DNA of 64,000 nucleotides from an uncultured Spirochaetota bacterium (GTDB taxonomy: Bacteria > Spirochaetota > UBA4802 > UBA5550): the NCBI GenBank assembly GCA_963827275.1, contig CAWHAA010000010.1:192001-256000 (forward strand), written 5' to 3'. Shown piece after piece: positions 61,619 to 64,000 of this stretch. The notes beneath the pieces were generated by a model. That model made no database searches, was not told the DNA's origin, and saw nothing but the letters and a program-made list of their open reading frames with translations. Position numbers and translations under genes: made by a program. How positions within the stretch are numbered: position 1 is the first letter of the stretch; each line of letters begins with the position of its first letter.

Positions 61619-64000
61619 ATGGATGCGCGTTCCGATATACTGAATACAATCAAGATCAACCAGCAGAAATTTCAGAACTATAACGCATTAAAGCTCGGCA
61701 ACCTCCAGCGGTCCCTGTCGGAGCAGCAGGCGACAATACTGCTCGAACTCATCCCCTATCTTCTCAACGTGAACACCGCCGGGCTGCCCGGCCACGTCCC
61801 GGCAGCGAACATGCCCGCCGGAGTATACGACTTTGTCCCCTCCCCGCGGCTCATCGATTTCATTTCGAAGCGCTTTCCCGACTCGGGGGTCACCCGGAAC
61901 AGGGTGGACAACCCGTTCATCCTCATGATGGCGCTCATCGGCAGCTGCGGCACGATCGCCTATACCAGACAGTCGGACTTTGACTTCTGGCTCTGCTACC
62001 AGGAAGGGAAATACGACAGGGAGGCCATCGGCCTGTTCAAGACAAAGCTCCGCACCATCGAGGGCCTGGCATATGAAAAATTCAACATGGAGATACACTT
62101 CTACCTGAACGAAATAGGCCGTGTGCGGAACAACATCTTCGCCGATGACGGGGAAGAGCTTTCCGGCTCCTCGATCGGCGAGCTCCTGAAGGAAGAGTTC
62201 CTCCGGAGCTCCATCGTGCTGAGCGGCAAGGCCCCCTTCTGGTGGGTCGTGCCCACTGACACCGATAACGCGACCTACGACACCTGGCTCGAGGCGGCAA
62301 AAAAATCCGACATGGCGGACCGCTTCATCGACCTGGGCAACCTCTACAGCATCAAGCAGGAGGACTTCCTTGCCGCGGGGCTCTTCCAGATACTCAAGTC
62401 CCTCGGCAACCCCTTCAAGTCGATCATCAAGCTCGGCCTCCTGGAGCGGTACATCAACAACTACATGGACAACCCGTTCATCTGCAACATCATCAAGAAG
62501 AACATCCACGAGGGCAACCTGGCCTACGACCACATCGACGCATACATCATCATGTTCAACTACGTGTACGACTACTACAACTCGATCGTCAAGGACAGGG
62601 ACGCCCTGGACGTCATCAAGACGTCGTTCTACCTCAAGGTCGAGCCGGTCCTGTCGCGCAGCCTGTCCGGAAAGCAGGAGGAGGGGTACAACCCGGACAA
62701 GACCCGCATCATGCTGGAATACGTGAAAAAATGGGGCTGGGCCGCGGCAAAGATCAGGGAGATGGACAATTTCAACAACTGGAGCATCGAGCCGGTGAGC
62801 CGGCTCCTGAACAACGCGAAGAAATTCGTCCTCCAGGAGTACCGGCGCATCCTGGGCAATATCGAAGACGCACAAGGTCAAGCACAAGTTCACCGACGAG
62901 GAGATCAAGGCGATAAGCCGAAAGATCTACTCGCACTTCCAGGTGTCCGACAACAAGATCGACAACACCCTGAGCTTCAAGAACTATCCGCCCGAAAAGC
63001 TTTTAAAAATCGAATATGTCCGCGACCAGAAGGGGAACGAGACATGGTTCCTGTCCAAGCGCCTCATCGTCGACAACCACCCGAACATCGTCATCATCCA
63101 CAAGGACAGGACGCTGCTCGGGCTCTCGGTCTGGGTCAGCCTGAACGGCCTGTTCAAGAAGGACTACACGAGGCTCGAGATCGACACGGGCCTCCACAGC
63201 CTTGAAACGAACTTCCTCCGCGAGCTCATATCCGACATCTCAACGAACTTCATGTTCAAGAAGATCAACGCCTTCCGCGAAGACTACCTGAAAGACCCCT
63301 ACCCGGTCATGAGCTATGTCATCTTCAACATCTACTCAAAGTACTCGCGCAAGATCGACGAGATCTTTTTCCTCTACCACGACAGCTGGGGCTCAACCAG
63401 GTTCGAGACCTTTAAAAGCGAGATGGACCTCGTGCAGGTACTGGTGCGGGCCCTGAACGGCTGCATCGCCACGAAAAGCGATTACACGAGCGCGATGAAC
63501 GTCGTTTCCTCCTCGCCCTTCAGCTCGACGAAGGACTTTATCCGGATCAAGACGTTCATCAACGACCTGTTCTCCTTCTTCCTTGACGGCAACGCCGACG
63601 CGAAGAAAAGCTACGTCACCATGATGGGCAACCAGTACCTCATCTTTTACACCAGGAAGACCGGCGCTTCCGCGGTCATCGACACGATCCTCTGCGATTC
63701 CGAGGCGAAGATGATGTTCAGCCTCTCGTTCAACTACGGGCTGAAAAACATGATCCGGGTGGACCCGTCCATCAAGGAGCTCAACTTCCTGAAGACCATC
63801 ATCGACAATTCCAGCAACGAGGCGATCCAGATATACTTTGACAGCGACCGGAAGTACTCGCTCTTCTACGTGATCGACGAGAGCGGGTCGCTCTTCTTCT
63901 ACCGGAAGCCGGCCGACCTGCTGTTCGATTACCTGACGCGGCTCTACCTCTTCGCGAAGAACGTGGCGTCGCAGGTGGTCCGGCAGAACCCCGCCTCGTC
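61619..64000 (+). CDS. cyaA: Class I adenylate cyclase, +1 frameshift at ~62865, incomplete at window end
   Basis: IGSCGTIA..SDFDFW, LKEEFLRS, PFKSIIKLGLLE; the +1 frame is open from ~62865 to 64000 (DSWG, VIDESG). Confidence 0.78.

Noticed and set aside
1..64000. Global UGA reassignment (code 4 or 25)
   Set aside because: Many intact genes end at TGA at their expected C-termini (e.g. 13589, 15232, 26057, 39909)

Overview
Bacterial chromosomal window, genetic code 11. It is probably from a spirochaete-related lineage; this is inferred only from lipoprotein signal peptides and gene content. 1-21.5 kb is housekeeping: amino-acid SBP, MscS, KamA-family radical SAM, rpmB, LysR, YlbF, bactofilin, etfBA, proS, HD + radical SAM-HhH pair, Sua5/YciO, glgX, DUF1858. 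21.5-61.3 kb is a ~40 kb Wzx/Wzy exopolysaccharide locus (initiating transferase, GTs, flippase, polymerase, Wzc-like, OPX, OM beta-barrel, WecB, WecG). It also carries an acyl/amide tailoring set (adenylating ligase, ACP, NadE-like, PP-loop, GNAT, VOC, AT3, three SGNH-like exported proteins) and FN3/glycoside-hydrolase-like lipoproteins. A class I adenylate cyclase runs off the right edge. Top finding: the ORF track truncates a DUF1573 lipoprotein at an in-frame TGA (17049) that replaces the first Cys of the family's CGC motif and is followed by a SECIS-positioned hairpin, making it a candidate selenoprotein. Also seen: a promoter shared by three lipoprotein genes, an orphan terminator/sRNA candidate, a duplicated ligase 3' end, a degenerate Wzc kinase, and three frame disruptions (one at an in-phase A_AAA_AAG) that may be real or assembly errors. 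No rRNA, tRNA, CRISPR or transposase was recognised. Family assignments are from motif recall, not database searches.
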